From Octopus vulgaris (lineage: Eukaryota), in assembly GCA_951406725.2 (NCBI GenBank), contig OX597827.1:43710001-43774000 (forward strand): a DNA stretch of 64,000 nucleotides. The letters are read 5' to 3'. Under the pieces are notes generated by a model. That model made no database searches. It saw only the letters and a program-made list of their open reading frames with translations, and was not told where the DNA came from. Made by a program: the position numbers and the translations under genes. This document shows positions 33,519 to 47,979 of this stretch, one piece after another; within the stretch, counting starts at the first letter, position 1; every line of letters begins with the position of its first letter.

Positions 33519-34763
33519 TCAATTAAGAAAAATTTACTCGTATATTATTGATTGAAGAAAAATAAAAATAATTTATCTAGCTTTTATATTTTCGAGCTTT
33601 GTTTTAATAAAAATTATATATTTGTCTGTAAAAAGAATTGCCTTGAAAAAGCGTTGTCTAGCAGGAAAATGCAGGAGTGACACTACTCTGCATTAATTGA
33701 ACAGAGAAAAGTATGAGACAAGAAGTGGGTGCTTTAAAATTTTGCCTCTGGACTTTAAATAAGAAAAATATTTTTGGTCTGCTTTAAATGTAAAAATATA
33801 CCCTCTTCTTTAGATTCTCACTCTCTCATATGAAGAAAATTCTACATAAAACTTCCTATATCTAATCCCTACAGAATAAACATGGCGGGTGATTGGAGGG
33901 TGTTGAAGCACTTGTATATGATGGAGGTGTAACATGTCTCCCAAAATGTAAATATGTTCACTTACTTTCTTCTCAATTTTTCCAGTTATAGTTGCGCTGA
34001 CATTCAGACATACATGAATACGATGGGGAAGAGTCTAGGTTGCACATTAACTTGTCTAGTCAATTACACTTTAACTTGTCTAGTTATTATAATCAAATAT
34101 AAGCAGCTCTATTCTGTCAGCTCAGAAACTGCGAGAGATAAATGATGAGGTTGTTTTAGCGAAGGTAACAAACTGCCAGTAAAAACTGAAATTTTTCCTC
34201 GTAAGAGACAAACTGCTCAAAATCTCTGCATATGAAATATCTGAACAATCAACGCTCTTGGACTGCGATTGGTTATTTTAGATAACCACATCCAACTATT
34301 TATTTGAGTGGTACCATCATACACCGGACGTGTATAGCCACGTCATATAAGATACCTAGAAACTCGTCTCCCAACACTCGTGACTTCTATAAAGCTTGAC
34401 CAATAAATTTGCTTTCCACAAAACTCAGCATAAACCACTGAGTGTGATGAGACAGGCACATTAGAAGGTGCTATGGAGGACAGAAAATGCCCCTTCAAAT
34501 TTAACCACAAGACCAACATGATACTTAAGGGCACCTTAGTTTTTCCCTGTAATTATTTCCCTTTTTTCTCGCACAAACCTCCGCATGAAAGGCATATTCT
34601 TTAAATTCAAATCCCAATTTCAGCTGCAATAGAAGAATTTTTTTTTCTTGTCCTTTACTTTTCACTTCTCGTCTTCTATTTTTCACTTCTTCTTGTCCTT
34701 TACTTTTCCTGACTCCCTTAAGAAAATTATCAATTCTGCGCCAATATTTTCCTGCTTGTATGA

Positions 34764-34965
34764 CGGCGTGTTGGCAGAATCGTTAGTACGCCGGACAAAA
34801 TGCTTGGAGGAATTTAGTTCTGAGTTCAAATTCCGCTGAGGTTGACTTTGCTTTTCATTCTTTCGGAGTCAATATAATAAGTACCAATTGAACACCGGGG
34901 TCAATATAATCGATTCATCCCCTCCCCCCAAATAGCTGCCCCTGTGATAAAATTTGAAACCAATA
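34764..34965 (+). mobile_element. diverged SINE family 2
   Basis: ggcagaatcgttag...gagttcaaattccgctgaggttgactttgcttttcattctttcggagtc. Confidence 0.8.
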
Positions 34966-35219
34966 TTGTTTTCCTTCTAGTATAACACAATTCACTTCGA
35001 AACTCTTTTAGTTGTTCTACGATTAAAGAAGTCTGTAGTTATGTCTGATATATATATATATATATATAAAGTGCTGCCACATGCATTTGCTGATGTTGAG
35101 AAAATCTCATCTAGCTTCTCTCTTCAGACTCTTACCTTCGGTTTTCTTCAATCCTCCTTGCTTTATACTTGTTTCTGGAGAGATTACGTCTTTTCTTTGG
35201 TGGCATATTTTTCACAATA

Positions 35220-35731
35220 TCTATATACATAAAACTCTAGTTGTGTGAGTGTCTGTCCCCTTCGATTTAGATTCCTAACTCCTCCCACATTTTGCGGTGC
35301 AGTTTAACCAAATTCGGGTATCTTATAGTCGTGATTCATATCGAGCCCGTCTGACTATTAGCACGCGTCAACGATGAGTCTACGATTTTAAAAATAATTT
35401 AACATCATTTTTTATTCCATTTTAATGCATAAAATGCATCGTGTGTCGATGGCGGCGGAGTTGGCGTCCACGCTCACAGCTGCACCTGTTTGCTTCTCCC
35501 CCTTCCCTCCCTCGTGAAGCTGTGGGGAAGAAAGTGTAAAGAAATCAACGTCGTAATGCGTTGTGAAGGAGACCAGCGTTCTTTTAGAACAACGACTTCA
35601 TGGCTCGAAGACACCAAAACAAAAATGGCTAAGAAAGCCCGAATTGGCATTTATAAGGGAAGTAACTCTCTAAAAATGCTTATATAGTTATTTCCCTTAC
35701 AAACCCGAGCAACGCCGGGCGATACGGCTAG
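35220..35731 (+). mobile_element. complete non-autonomous Helitron (512 bp)
   Basis: 5' TC start (tctatatacataaa), subterminal hairpin cccgagcaacgccggg, 3' CTAG, inserted between A and T with no TSD. Confidence 0.88.
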
Positions 35732-35916
35732 TTGTTAATAAAAAATTATGAACATAGAAAAAAATTATACATTAATCCTTATTTTTGTAAGCAGTTGTAT
35801 CCGTAAAAAAATTATTTCAAGAGAGCTGAAACTGAAAGAAGCTAAAGCGAAAAGAACAGAGAAAGAAAGTGAAAGATGTATGTACGTCTATATGAAATGG
35901 ACGTGTGTATGTGTGT

Positions 35917-35984
<68 letters not shown>

Positions 35985-36619
35985 ATGTGTGTGTGCGTGC
36001 TTGCGCGTGTGTATGTGAGAGAGAAAGAGGGTGAGAAAGAGAGATAGAGTGAATGAGTGAAGGTGTGTGTCGTGATGATTGATGTCTTTTAAGGTACACA
36101 CATATATTGAAAATGTGACGTCATCGTATAAAATCTTTACGATAATTGATTTATGGAAAAGATCATGCTAAATTTTTGAAATGCAAATATGTGAAAGGAA
36201 ATTAAGTTTAATTCGTAGCCAAAATAGTACTGAATCTTTTGATATCCCATACGTCAAAATCTATAACTCGGTTTTCGAAAGCATAAGGAATATATTATAG
36301 GACAGTATCTCATAAAAATACAGACGTAAGACCTGGTAAAAATAGCAGCCAAATCTCCCTCAAAACACCCTACTGTCTTAATCAGACAATTCTGCCTATT
36401 ATGCAGTTTGAATGAGAAACTAACTAAAGATTAAGATTATTAACCCCACAGAGAGAGGAAAGAAAAGAGACAGTATAGCGACGGTCTTGGTTGACTGTCA
36501 TCCTGTACTCTCCTTGTGGCTAGCGAAATGGTATGTTCCGGCTGTCTGAGCAACTGGTTGTTTTAATGGCAAAACAATCAGGACTCAAAGATTACAAAAA
36601 TAGCGATTCTCACTTTGAA

Positions 36620-36765
36620 GCTAACGATTTTGAAAATCTTTTTAGATTACAGGACGCCCAGCTCCCTCATGTATCCATGTTTAAAATTTCAGCGCGATTG
36701 GATTGACAGTACTCGAGTTATAAGCGCACTAACAGACAGATAGACAGAACAGATTTTATATTTTA
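36620..36765 (-). mobile_element. possible Helitron/Helentron 5' fragment
   Basis: minus strand tataaaatctgttctgtctatctgtctgt...ataactcgag...ccaatcgcgctgaaatttt, a common rolling-circle 5' pattern. Confidence 0.4.
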
Positions 36766-36821
36766 AGCTTAACAGAAACATGAACGTGTTCTAGGTGTGT
36801 ATTATCTTAAGGCTGTTAAAT

Positions 36822-36970
36822 AATACAATCGTTAGAGCGTTGAATACATTGCTTTGCGATATTCCTTTCGGTTTCCAACGCTTTGAGTTCAAATCTTACC
36901 AGATTCAACTCTACCTTTCGAATTTTCGGAGTCGATAACTAAAGTACCAGGTTTGTATGGATCGAGTCTT
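36822..36970 (+). mobile_element. old SINE family 2 fragment
   Basis: aatcgttagagc...gagttcaaatc...ttcggagtcgataactaaagtaccag. Confidence 0.65.
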
Positions 36971-37339
36971 CCCTTTCTCTATTTACTTTCGTTCTTGTCT
37001 CTCTTTCTGGAAGAAATAGGCTGTATTTATACCTGGAGGGCATTCGGTGTAAAAAGAAAAAAACAAAAAACAAAAAAAAGCTCAAGACACGCTGTATGCC
37101 ACAACAACACATCCACGATTCCATTGCATATGTTTATTTTAACATAAATGCATTGAATTATTTTAACTCAGCCTGCATCACAAAATATTAATGTATGCCG
37201 CTTCAAACACGTCTGCTTATTCATTAGACTCGCGGATGAAAATACATTTTCGTTGAATTTTGATTAAATATTCATAATTGTATATGCGTGTATGCATACT
37301 TACATGTATGCACGTAAATATATGTGCGTGTGTTCAATC

Positions 37340-37411
<72 letters not shown>

Positions 37412-38122
37412 GTATATACACGAACGAATACTCTCAACAGAAATATATCAATATATGTAGGACACAATATATAAAACTTTAGCTAATGTTCATTCATTTG
37501 AATATGTATGCATACATAAAATATGTATATATATGCGTGCGTGAAATATATATTACTATGTATGTATGTATGTATGTATGTATAAGTATGTATTTATGCG
37601 TATTATAATTAGATGTATGCATACACGGTACATATTTGGATACTCTCTTTTGTATAAGAATTTCTACAGTCTGCCTATGTATAAATGAATGAGAAGATTC
37701 CACCTTTAATATCAGATAACATATTTTTCCAGGAAAGATAAGAGGCAAATCTTTTTAAAGAATAGATGTCGTACATTTTCTGTGTTTTTTTTTTTGTTAC
37801 TTAGTTTTTTGTGTATTTTTTTTTTAATCTATCGATTTATATATTTATCTCTTCGTGTGTTAACATACAAGAAACCGAAGATCAATACCAAAACAAAAAA
37901 CAAACAAACAAAAAATCGAAGAAGGAAACAAAACCGCCGCCCCGCCCTTTGCATTCACCATTCTCACACATAACATATAAATCCTGACAATGAATTATAT
38001 ATTTGATACTATGGAATCACAGAAATGGAAACAAAAAAAAATATAATAATAAAACGAAACGGAAATAAAATAGGTATAAAAAAGAATCAACGGATCAAAC
38101 TTCTCGTATATGGTACCTGATT

Positions 38123-38145
38123 TACTACTACTACTACTATTGCTG

Positions 38146-38191
<46 letters not shown>

Positions 38192-38456
38192 TACCACCAC
38201 CACCACCACCACTACTACTACTACTACTGCAGTTGCTACTACTACAATTACTACTACTACCACCACCACCACCACACCACCACCACCACCACCACCACCA
38301 CTACTACTACTGCAGTTGCTACTATTACAATTACTACTACTACTACTACTACTACTGCAGTTGCTACTATTACAATTACTACTACTACTACTACTACCAC
38401 CACCACCACCACCACCACACCACTACTACTACTACTGCAGTTGCTACTATTACAAT

Positions 38457-38517
<61 letters not shown>

Positions 38518-38626
38518 GCAGTTGCTACTATTGCAATTGCTACTACTACTATTACTGCTACTACTACTACTAGGGCTGCTGCTGCTACAACAAAAATAAC
38601 TACTACTACCACTACTACTAATATAG

Positions 38627-38719
<93 letters not shown>

Positions 38720-38723
38720 TTAC
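38123..38723. repeat. (ACT)n/(ACC)n array with four copies of ctgcagttgctact
   Basis: higher-order unit at ~38227, 38310, 38355 and 38435, plus a variant at 38516. Confidence 0.85.
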
Positions 38724-38935
38724 TGACTGCATGTATGCCTGTTTCGATCTTCCTTGCTCCACTTCCCGCCTCCTCTTGAAAAGCGGCTGATGTCTCTGAT
38801 CGAGCAGTTTTTTTTGTCTGAAGTCAGCAAAGATCATTGACATCACGCGAGAGCGTGACAGCTTGTATTGTTTTGCGCGGCAACAAATTGTTTCGCTTCA
38901 AATTGTTCGTCCTAAATACGTGCTGTCAGATTAAG

Positions 38936-38999
<64 letters not shown>

Positions 39000-39225
39000 G
39001 AGAGGCAGACATACAGATATGAGAAAGAGAGAAATGCACGCAAGGATAAGAATGTGTTAGTGCAAGAATGTATTAACACAGTAAAATATACAAAGTTTAG
39101 ACTTGGCTTCCATTGTTGAAATTACAAAGATGTTATACAGGTTTTGTATGGTGGTGGTTTTGCGTATACTGCTGAAGTCGATGATGCAGTTACAGTTACC
39201 GTTGTTGCCACTGCTGCTGCTGCTG

Positions 39226-39293
<68 letters not shown>

Positions 39294-39429
39294 ACTTCTA
39301 CTACTACCACCAACACCACCACGGCGGCGGCGGCGACGACAACTACGAATACTAGTACGTCACGTTTGCATTCAACGATCTCGGCAAATCTTGTGTGTGG
39401 GTGTGTGGGTGTGTGTGTGTCTGTCTGTG

Positions 39430-39587
<158 letters not shown>

Positions 39588-39658
39588 TGTTTCTTTATTA
39601 GCCACACAGGGCTGCACACAGATAGAACAAATTACAAGGTAGAGCTTTTCTTTTGAAT

Positions 39659-39698
<40 letters not shown>

Positions 39699-40709
39699 GG
39701 GGAGTTTCGATCAAAAGGGATCGTAAAAGGAGAGAAGGAGGACAAAAAAAAGGGGGTTAAAAAAAGGGGGAGAGGAAAAAAAAAAAAAAAAAAAAAAAAT
39801 TGATCAATAGGGATCGTTATCACAGAAATGTCAATATGAAGTGTAAAGGGGAGGACAGGTGAGGTTTACCCGTGGAAAGAAAAGCCTACGGAAAAGACCA
39901 CGGTAACCTCGGTCAATGAAGTCACATTTTATATTTCTTTTTTTTTTTTTTTTTTTTGCAAATAAGCAACTCTCTGTTTTCGATTTCTGGGTTCATAGGA
40001 CTATGCTCAAGGTGGCTTCGTCATTCATACGTGCCATTCTTGCTACATTCACCCATCTTTTTTTAAAACATTCGCTAGACAAAACTTGCCTCTCTACTCT
40101 CACTTTCCTTTTCAAGTGGTACTTGAAGAAGTTGATGAGAGATTGACCAGAGAGGAAAGTGTTTGTCTCCAATCCTTTCAGACGCGTCCACCAGATACAT
40201 TCTTTCGCCATAGCCACAAGGATGATGAAAATAGCTCTTCCTTCCCGTTTGAAGGAAGGAGGCGTGACAATATTGACGATAGACTCAGCTGATAAACCGA
40301 CTCGTCCCACACGTGACAGCAGTTGTTCGACATAAGCCCACAGGTCGGAAATTGTTGGACACTGAACGAGTGCGTGCAGAACGGTTTCGTCGCTCTGACC
40401 GCATCTCGGGCAGGTCGGCCCCGTGTTTCTCGAGCCGTGTCTGTAGAGCTTATCCCGAACGGGTAGCGCTTCTCGGTAGCACTGCCAGGCCAGGGATCTC
40501 TGGAAGTTGTCCATGGGCCCTGGCCCGAAAGTCGTCCTGAACAGGCGGGTCAGGTACTCCTCGTCGACGTCCAGGTTCGCCCCGAGCTCGTCGTCGTACC
40601 TCCCCTCCACTAAACCCCTATAGAATGCTTTGGTTGTGTTGAAGTCACTTAAGGTCGACCCAGGACGGCAGAGTTGCTTGAGAGCAACGCGACACTCGCG
40701 GTGCCATTG
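39588..40709 (-). mobile_element. 5'-truncated Tx1/L1-clade LINE (ORF2 C-terminus plus 3' UTR) within a (GATA)n array
   Basis: ALPVRDKL...CPRCGQSDETVLHALVQC...W (zf-RVT CCHC knuckle); AATAAA at 39599-39594 immediately before (TATC)n. Confidence 0.9.
39993..40709 (-). CDS. truncated LINE ORF2 C-terminal region (zinc-binding domain), open to the stop codon
   Basis: about 238 uninterrupted codons; the N-terminal part of track ORF 39993..40871 is microsatellite and not part of the element. Confidence 0.8.
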   Translation of the reverse strand, partial: QWHRECRVALKQLCRPGSTLSDFNTTKAFYRGLVEGRYDDELGANLDVDEEYLTRLFRTTFGPGPMDNFQRSLAWQCYREALPVRDKLYRHGSRNTGPTCPRCGQSDETVLHALVQCPTISDLWAYVEQLLSRVGRVGLSAESIVNIVTPPSFKREGRAIFIILVAMAKECIWWTRLKGLETNTFLSGQSLINFFKYHLKRKVRVERQVLSSECFKKRWVNVARMARMNDEATLSIVL

Positions 40710-40733
40710 ATAGGTAGAGAGAGAGAGAGAGAG

Positions 40734-40788
<55 letters not shown>

Positions 40789-40978
40789 CCAACATGTATA
40801 CGCATACATACACATACATACGGGCATATATATATATAAAAGTGTGTGTGTGTATATATAAATATATGCATTTATATATATGTGTGTATGTGTTCGTATA
40901 TTTGTATAGGTATTTTGTATGTATGTGTGTGTATATAGATAGATAAACAGATAGATAGGTAGAGAGAGAGAGAGAGAG

Positions 40979-41033
<55 letters not shown>

Positions 41034-41180
41034 CCAACATGTATACGCATACATACACATACATACGGGCATATATATATATAAAAGTGTGTGTGTGTAT
41101 ATATAAATATATGCATTTATATATATGTGTGTATGTGTTCGTATATTTGTATAGGTATTTTGTATGTATGTGTGTGTATA
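40709..41180. repeat. 245-bp tandem duplication of microsatellite-rich sequence
   Basis: accaacatgtatacgc at 40788 and 41033; units nearly identical. Confidence 0.9.
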
Positions 41181-41689
41181 TATATGTATATATGTATGTA
41201 CGTATGTATCACTGAGTGTATGTATGATGTTATGGGAATTCGTCCATTTTTAGTAATATCTCTTGGTGTTGTCTATCTTTGAATGTTCGTGTGTCTCCCA
41301 AAGGCAAGCACTATACATACGCTCATGGTATTCTTGCGTAGGATTTTGACTATTCGTCTTTTTTTTTATATCCTTTTCATCACAGCTAACATTATGTGCT
41401 TTGAATATCCTTACATTATTGTAGGTGTTTTTTTTTTTCCTTATATGTCTTTTATTACTTATAAAAGCGGTGTATTGAATGGGCAAACATTTTATAGCAT
41501 AAGGGAAACAAGCAAGAGAGGATACGATTGCAGGATATCATGTTCACGGTAAAAAAAAAGAAAAAAAAACCAGCTACTCGTCTATCAGCAGAGAAAATTA
41601 TCTGATATTTATAATATTGTTGGTTGTATAGATGGAAATAGACGGTTTATAACAGAGAGTCAGACCCTTCTCAGTCATAAAGGCAATAC

Positions 41690-41912
41690 CAGTGGTTATC
41701 AACCTTTATTTGCTTACGGACACCTTTGATTCTTATTTTCAATGTTTTTTTGTTTTTTTTTAAAAACTCCTATTATATTTTTATAATTAAATATTATTAG
41801 AAATTCTATAAAAAATTGTTGAAATATTTTGTGTAATGTAGAAATACAGCAAATTTATTGCACATAAATTTTAACAGTAAAATTTTATACGGACTCCGGT
41901 TGAAAACCGCTA
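41690..41912. mobile_element. hAT (Charlie-like) MITE
   Basis: imperfect TIRs cagtggttatcaacc / ggttgaaaaccgcta; AT-rich interior; 8-bp TSD not preserved. Confidence 0.6.
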
Positions 41913-43054
41913 CTCTACACGAAAAGGTTAAAAGAAATTTAATTGAAATAAAAATGTAAAGACGCATCGTAAATAAGGGTAATAGAACAGAGAGATGGTA
42001 CATGAAGCATTATATTCAAATTACTAAAAATTACATTAATAAAAAAAATTGGAGACACGTTGAAAAGATGCGAATATTTTAAGATAATCTCATCAGGAAA
42101 TGTTTGTGGTTGAAAACATTTTGAAAAACATGAGCGATTTTTACTGGATATAAACGGTATTTCAAACAAGCACGAAAATATTTTGCTAGGACATGAGCAA
42201 AAAGAAATATATAAGGCTAGGGATAACCAACATCAACGGATGTTTAAACGTACTTGAATGGAACGTTGAGAAAAAATACTGAGTACAATAAATGAAACAC
42301 CGGATCAACAAGAAGAGAAAACACTGGTAAGAAACTCTCAAGAGGGATGAACTGCAGAACGTCTTCAGAGAAGATTCACCGAACTCAGGCAAGTTGTTCA
42401 GCTCTTAGTTTCTGACTCTGTTAAGGGGAAGAGCCACATCCATGCCATGACTCTTGGGTATCTTTTTGCTGACACTTTTTAGCCATTTTTATATTAGAAA
42501 CTTGTGCGTTTAAACTGCCTGGAGATTTCATCTAGTTGTAACTCCTTGCCGTTGATTCAGCTTTCAAAGTTACACTCAAAGAAAAAAATGACGTTGGAAT
42601 ATATATAACATCACTGTAAGCATGGTCCACCATTGCAGATCCCACATTATTATAAATTTCAAATTACTAGAAAGTCATTTAGGCTAATTGGGTTGTCAGT
42701 TTCTCGGAGACGCATTTGATTTGGCGATGTGGCACGCAGCCTTCAACGAACTTATAAACTGACCAAAATCAACATGTGAAAGACTGCCCTGAGGAAAAAA
42801 AATTTAATTGTCATAAACAGCAATATTAGACATCCTCCTACCCTACTCTAAAAAGAAACTTTATTCCTCTAAGTCCATTAGCAGAAGCGTGAAAGTATTT
42901 TCTTTTAAAAGAACGTGAAAGAATTTGATCTCATTCCAGAATCTATAAATAATGGCAAATAATGGGCAAAAAGACCTCTTAGATATAAAATAAGACAAGA
43001 CTTCATTCACGCTGATGCGAATAAATTTTCTAAAATGAATAGCGACGTTCGAAC

Positions 43055-43126
43055 GATTGCTTTGATCCAATGGTAGAACGCCTGTCATGTTAACAGCATG
43101 TGTAGGTTCGAGTCCCATAGGCAGCC
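43055..43126 (+). pseudogene. degenerate tRNA-like sequence
   Basis: 72 nt; acceptor gattgct/ggcagcc, D loop aatggtaga, anticodon arm ctgt-catgtta-acag, T arm gtagg-ttcgagt-cccat; several mispairs. Confidence 0.55.
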
Positions 43127-44459
43127 TTTAATGTTACTTATTTTTCTTATCCAAATAGGTTTATTAGTCCAATATTTGCATGATATTATTTCAAACTTTG
43201 ATTGCTTCAAGATCCACCATTCCAAAAAAAAAAAAAAAAAAATTACGTATATGTGTTTGTATTTGATTCTCACACTACTTTTGAACCGGTGATTGTTCGT
43301 TATGTGCTTGTAACTTAGCAGTTAAGCAAAAATCACCGATGCAGTAAGTATTTGATTTAAAATTAAGTACTGGGATCGATTAATTAAGTACATATACTAT
43401 GTGCAATAAATGATATCTGTCACTATAAATTACTTTTTATGTTGATCTTTTCTTAACGGAAGAGTAAACTATATGTGTGTGTGTGTGTGTGTGTGTGTTC
43501 ATACATACACACTCACATATATGTAGATAGGTATATACGTTAATATTTAATTCAAAATGGAGACGTGTGCCAACACTTCCATGTGGTACGCTTGTACAAT
43601 TGTGAAGATTTCTTCACATAAAACCACTGGTTGCCTTGTTAACTCACAAATCAAGAGTAATTAAATGTGTGCACACACACACACATACACACACATATAT
43701 ATATATATACACAGATGTATGGTTATTCATATGTTAAATTTTAATTTATATAAATTATTTTATGTATTGGATTAAGTCTTTCTTTGTTTGATTTGCATAA
43801 TAGTGGTTTTGTCACTAATTTGATATAATATATATATATATATATATATGTAGTTATGTATGTGTCTGCATAAGTTCAGTACCTATATACACCTGCGCGC
43901 GCGCTCAGGTGAGTGTGTGGGTGCGAGCGTGTGTATGTGTGCACGCTTTATCTGTCTGTGAATGGGGATCGTCAGAAACATAGACAGAGAGGAAGAGAAA
44001 CACAGATGCATGGAAGAAAGATTAATGCGGTTTAATGGCGTACCGGTGGTTCTAACGTGTACTAGCACCACTACAACGGGATCAATGATAATATAGACAA
44101 TAACATGTGACTGAAACAGAGCGTGAAATAGTTAAAGGCGAAATAAATTGATAATTGAATAAATAATGATTGCCAATGCTATTGTCTAGCTGCAGGTGAG
44201 CTATGATCATCAAGATATATTCATATGAGGAACGTTCCAAACTGTGACCATCCTATTTGATATTCAGACACCACAAAGCATCATTTCATTTATTCATTTA
44301 TTAATTCATTCTTTTATTTATTTATTTACTTATTTATTTATTTATTTATTTATTTACTTATTTAGTTTAGAAGATAGTAATGTGTGGTTTGAGGTAGATT
44401 TGTTTGACATTTTTAGCAGATCGGCAGAGCAAATGGTGAAGGCACTTTATAGGTTTGTG

Positions 44460-44470
44460 ATTGTTGCTGA

Positions 44471-44528
<58 letters not shown>

Positions 44529-45395
44529 GATGATGATGATGGGGATTATTATTTTTGCGGTTATTGTTTAGCACCCGGCTACACCTGCTTTCTCAGAGTG
44601 GTCCCTTAGCATCACAACAAATACATTCATCTAGATACATCTCTTAGACTGGCTTTCACAGGTGGTGGCTATCAAGGTGATTGTAGTGGTGGTGGTGGCA
44701 ATGGCAGCCATCATCCTGGTGGTGGTAGGTGGTGGTGGTAGTGGTAGGTGGTAGCGGTGATCATGCTGGTTGTGGTTTTGGTGGCGACGAAGGCGAGGTT
44801 GGTGGTGCGATCGTCCTTAGTTGGTGACAGTGGTTGTAGGATTGGTGGTGGTGATGGCGGTAACGGTGGTTGTTTTGTCGGTGGTGATTCGACGGTGATA
44901 ATAGTTGTGCTGGTAGCGGCTGTGGTTGTGGTTGTGATGATGATTCAGGTTGTAGTTGCTGCAGTGATTATACAATAATGAGGGTGGTGGTGGTGGTGGA
45001 GATGGTGATACTGATAGTCTCGGTGACGATGGTGGTGGTGGTGGTGGTGGTGGTAGTGGTGGATAGGGTGTTGAATGATCACTGCTGATTGGTGGGTGGC
45101 ATCATATTAGTTTTAGTAGTAGCTTGGAAGGTAGTACGGGCGGTGAGTGTTGCTTGATGCTCATGGTAGTGGTAGTAGTGGTGGTGGTGATGGTGGTGGT
45201 GGTGGTGGAGGTGGTAGATTTGCTGGTTATCGTGATGGTGGCTATACTGGCGTTGGTGGTGGTAGTGATGGTGGTGGAAGTGGTTGGTGATAGTTGTGGT
45301 TGTGGTGGTGGTGGTGGTGGTGGTGGATTTGATAATTACGGTTATGGTGGTCATGCTGGTGGTGGTGATGGTGCTGTTGATGGTTGTGGTTGTGG

Positions 45396-45426
<31 letters not shown>

Positions 45427-46105
45427 GATGGTGGTGGTGGTGGTGGTGGTGGTGGTGATGGTGAAGGTGGTAGTGGTGGTTGTGACGGTTTTCTTGATGG
45501 TGACGATGATGATGATGACGACGACGAAGTCTATGGCTCAAATAACAACGGTTTCACTAATGATCTTTGCAGTTTTCGATTTTGGTTTCCTATCGGTGCC
45601 GGTGAAGATTGCAAAAGAGGATTAGAAATGGTGGCGAAAGTGTTTGTTAATGGTGTTAATGACGGTGGCAATGATTACGATGGCGACGGTGGCGATTGTG
45701 GCAGCGGCGGGGATGGCGGCGATACCGGTGAAAGCGGTGAAGGCGGTGATGGCGGTGATGGTAGCGGCGGCAATGGTGATCATCATCCTCATCATCATCA
45801 CCACATGGGTGTGGTGATGATGATGATGGCGATGATGGTGAAGATGATAGTAACGACGACGATGATGATGATGATGAGGTGGATTATCACGATGATGATG
45901 ATGATAATAATAACGACAACGACGACAGTAATGATGATGATGGTGGTGGTGGTGGTGGTGGTGGTGGAACTGGTGGTGATTACGATGATAATGATAATGA
46001 GGACGATGATGCTGATCACGATGATGATGATGATGATGATAAAGGTGGTAATAGCGAGGAGGAGGACGACGACTGCGATGATGACGACGATGACAATGAT
46101 GTCAT
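44460..46105. repeat. degenerate (GTT)n/(GGT)n/(GAT)n field
   Basis: direct reading. Confidence 0.9.
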
Positions 46106-46191
46106 TATGTGTTATCGCTATTCTTCCCAAAATAAATTTGTTGTTTGCCATACACACTCATACACACACATATGTATGCATGTATATTATA

Positions 46192-46259
<68 letters not shown>

Positions 46260-46576
46260 CATATACGTTTGTGTAAAGATACATAGATATAAATGTATAC
46301 GTACATACATTATATATATATATGTGTAAAGATAGATAGATATAAATGTATACACACACACACACACACACACAATATATATATATATATTTATATACAT
46401 ATACATACACACATACATATGTATAGAAAAAAAAGATATATAGGTATATATACATACATACATACATACATACATATACACATATATATGTATGTATGTA
46501 TATATATTCATATATATAGATGAGTGTATATACATACATACATACATACATGCATACATACATACATATATTCATA

Positions 46577-46615
<39 letters not shown>

Positions 46616-47979
46616 CATTATTCCCTCACTGAAATTGGATATTTCTTATTCTCATTGTAGATTTTTATTTTTCTTAAATATGTAATTTTGCGAAGGAGTG
46701 CTGGTAATTCTTTCTCTTCTTCTTTCTCTCTATGGTCCAGTCAACTAATCAGGGCACTCTTTTTTAATTTTCTTCCGTTTCTTTTATATACGTATTTTGA
46801 TTTCTTTGTTTCCTTTTTTTTTCAGTGTATTTTTCTCTGTATTTTTTATTCTTTCTTTTTGCTGTTAAATATTTTAAGAGTGTTGCTATACAGTTTATTG
46901 GAAATCGATAGAAATAAATAGTTTCCTAAAAATAACTTAATACCGTATCGATTTCTCTGATAAGGTAGGCACAAAGTCACAGTTTTTGTTTCTTGTTTTC
47001 GTCAGGTAAGAGATAGGAGGTCTCGATATAAAACGCTTTGAACGCATTACTCGAATGGTTACTTGTCTTAGCAACATAGAAAGTTTGAAGACAAAATCGA
47101 TGGACGCTCTCGGGATTTGAACGTCAAACATTAAGAGAACATAGTGAAATACGACAAGAAAATTTTGCTTCGTGTGTTCCACCGATTCTGCCTTTCACCG
47201 TCCTATTTTCCTTTTATGGGCACAAGGTCAGAATTTTTTTTTTGTGTGTGAGAGAAAGCGAGGGAGAGTATTGATTATGTTGCTACATATGTTTGAATAA
47301 TGTGGTTGTGGTGCTGGTCGTGGTCGTGGTGGTTGTGGTCGTGGTGGTGATGGTTGTGGTGGCGTTGCTGGTCGTGATTGTGGCGGTGGTAGTGATATAG
47401 GTAGTGATGACAGAGGCGGTGTACTTGTAGGGAAGATGGTCCTGCTGCTGCAGCTGTTGCTGGTGGTGGTAGTTGTGGTGGTAGCGTTTGTGATGACGGT
47501 AATGGTAGTAGGGCCTGTAGTATTTGTGGTGGTGGTGGTCGTCGTCGTTGTCATCGTTGTGTTTTTTTTTTTTTTGGTATGGTTAGTAGTTGTGGTGGAT
47601 TTGGTTTGGTAGCGTTTTGCTTGAGGCGGTGCTGGTAGTGATTATGGTGGATATGATAATGGCGGTGCTGGTGGTGATAGTGGTTGGGGTGTGGGAATTA
47701 GTTTCGCTGGTGATGGTAGTGGCTGTCGGGGTTTTGGTGTTAGTGGTGATGGTGAAAGGTAAGAGCCGATTAGATCCTCTTTTTATAATTAAATAATTTA
47801 GTACGGAAATCCGTATTTGATATATCAGTTCATATTTGCCAAACCTCCATGTTAAGAGACATACAGTCACGCAACAGAGTCACACACTGGCATCCTGTAC
47901 ACACACACACATATATATATATACACACACATACATATATATATATATGTATGTATACATATATATATATTTATATTTA

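Noticed and set aside
42190-42560. Possible hAT/Tc1 transposase remnant
   Set aside because: Only faint motif resemblance with many stops; not supportable by eye
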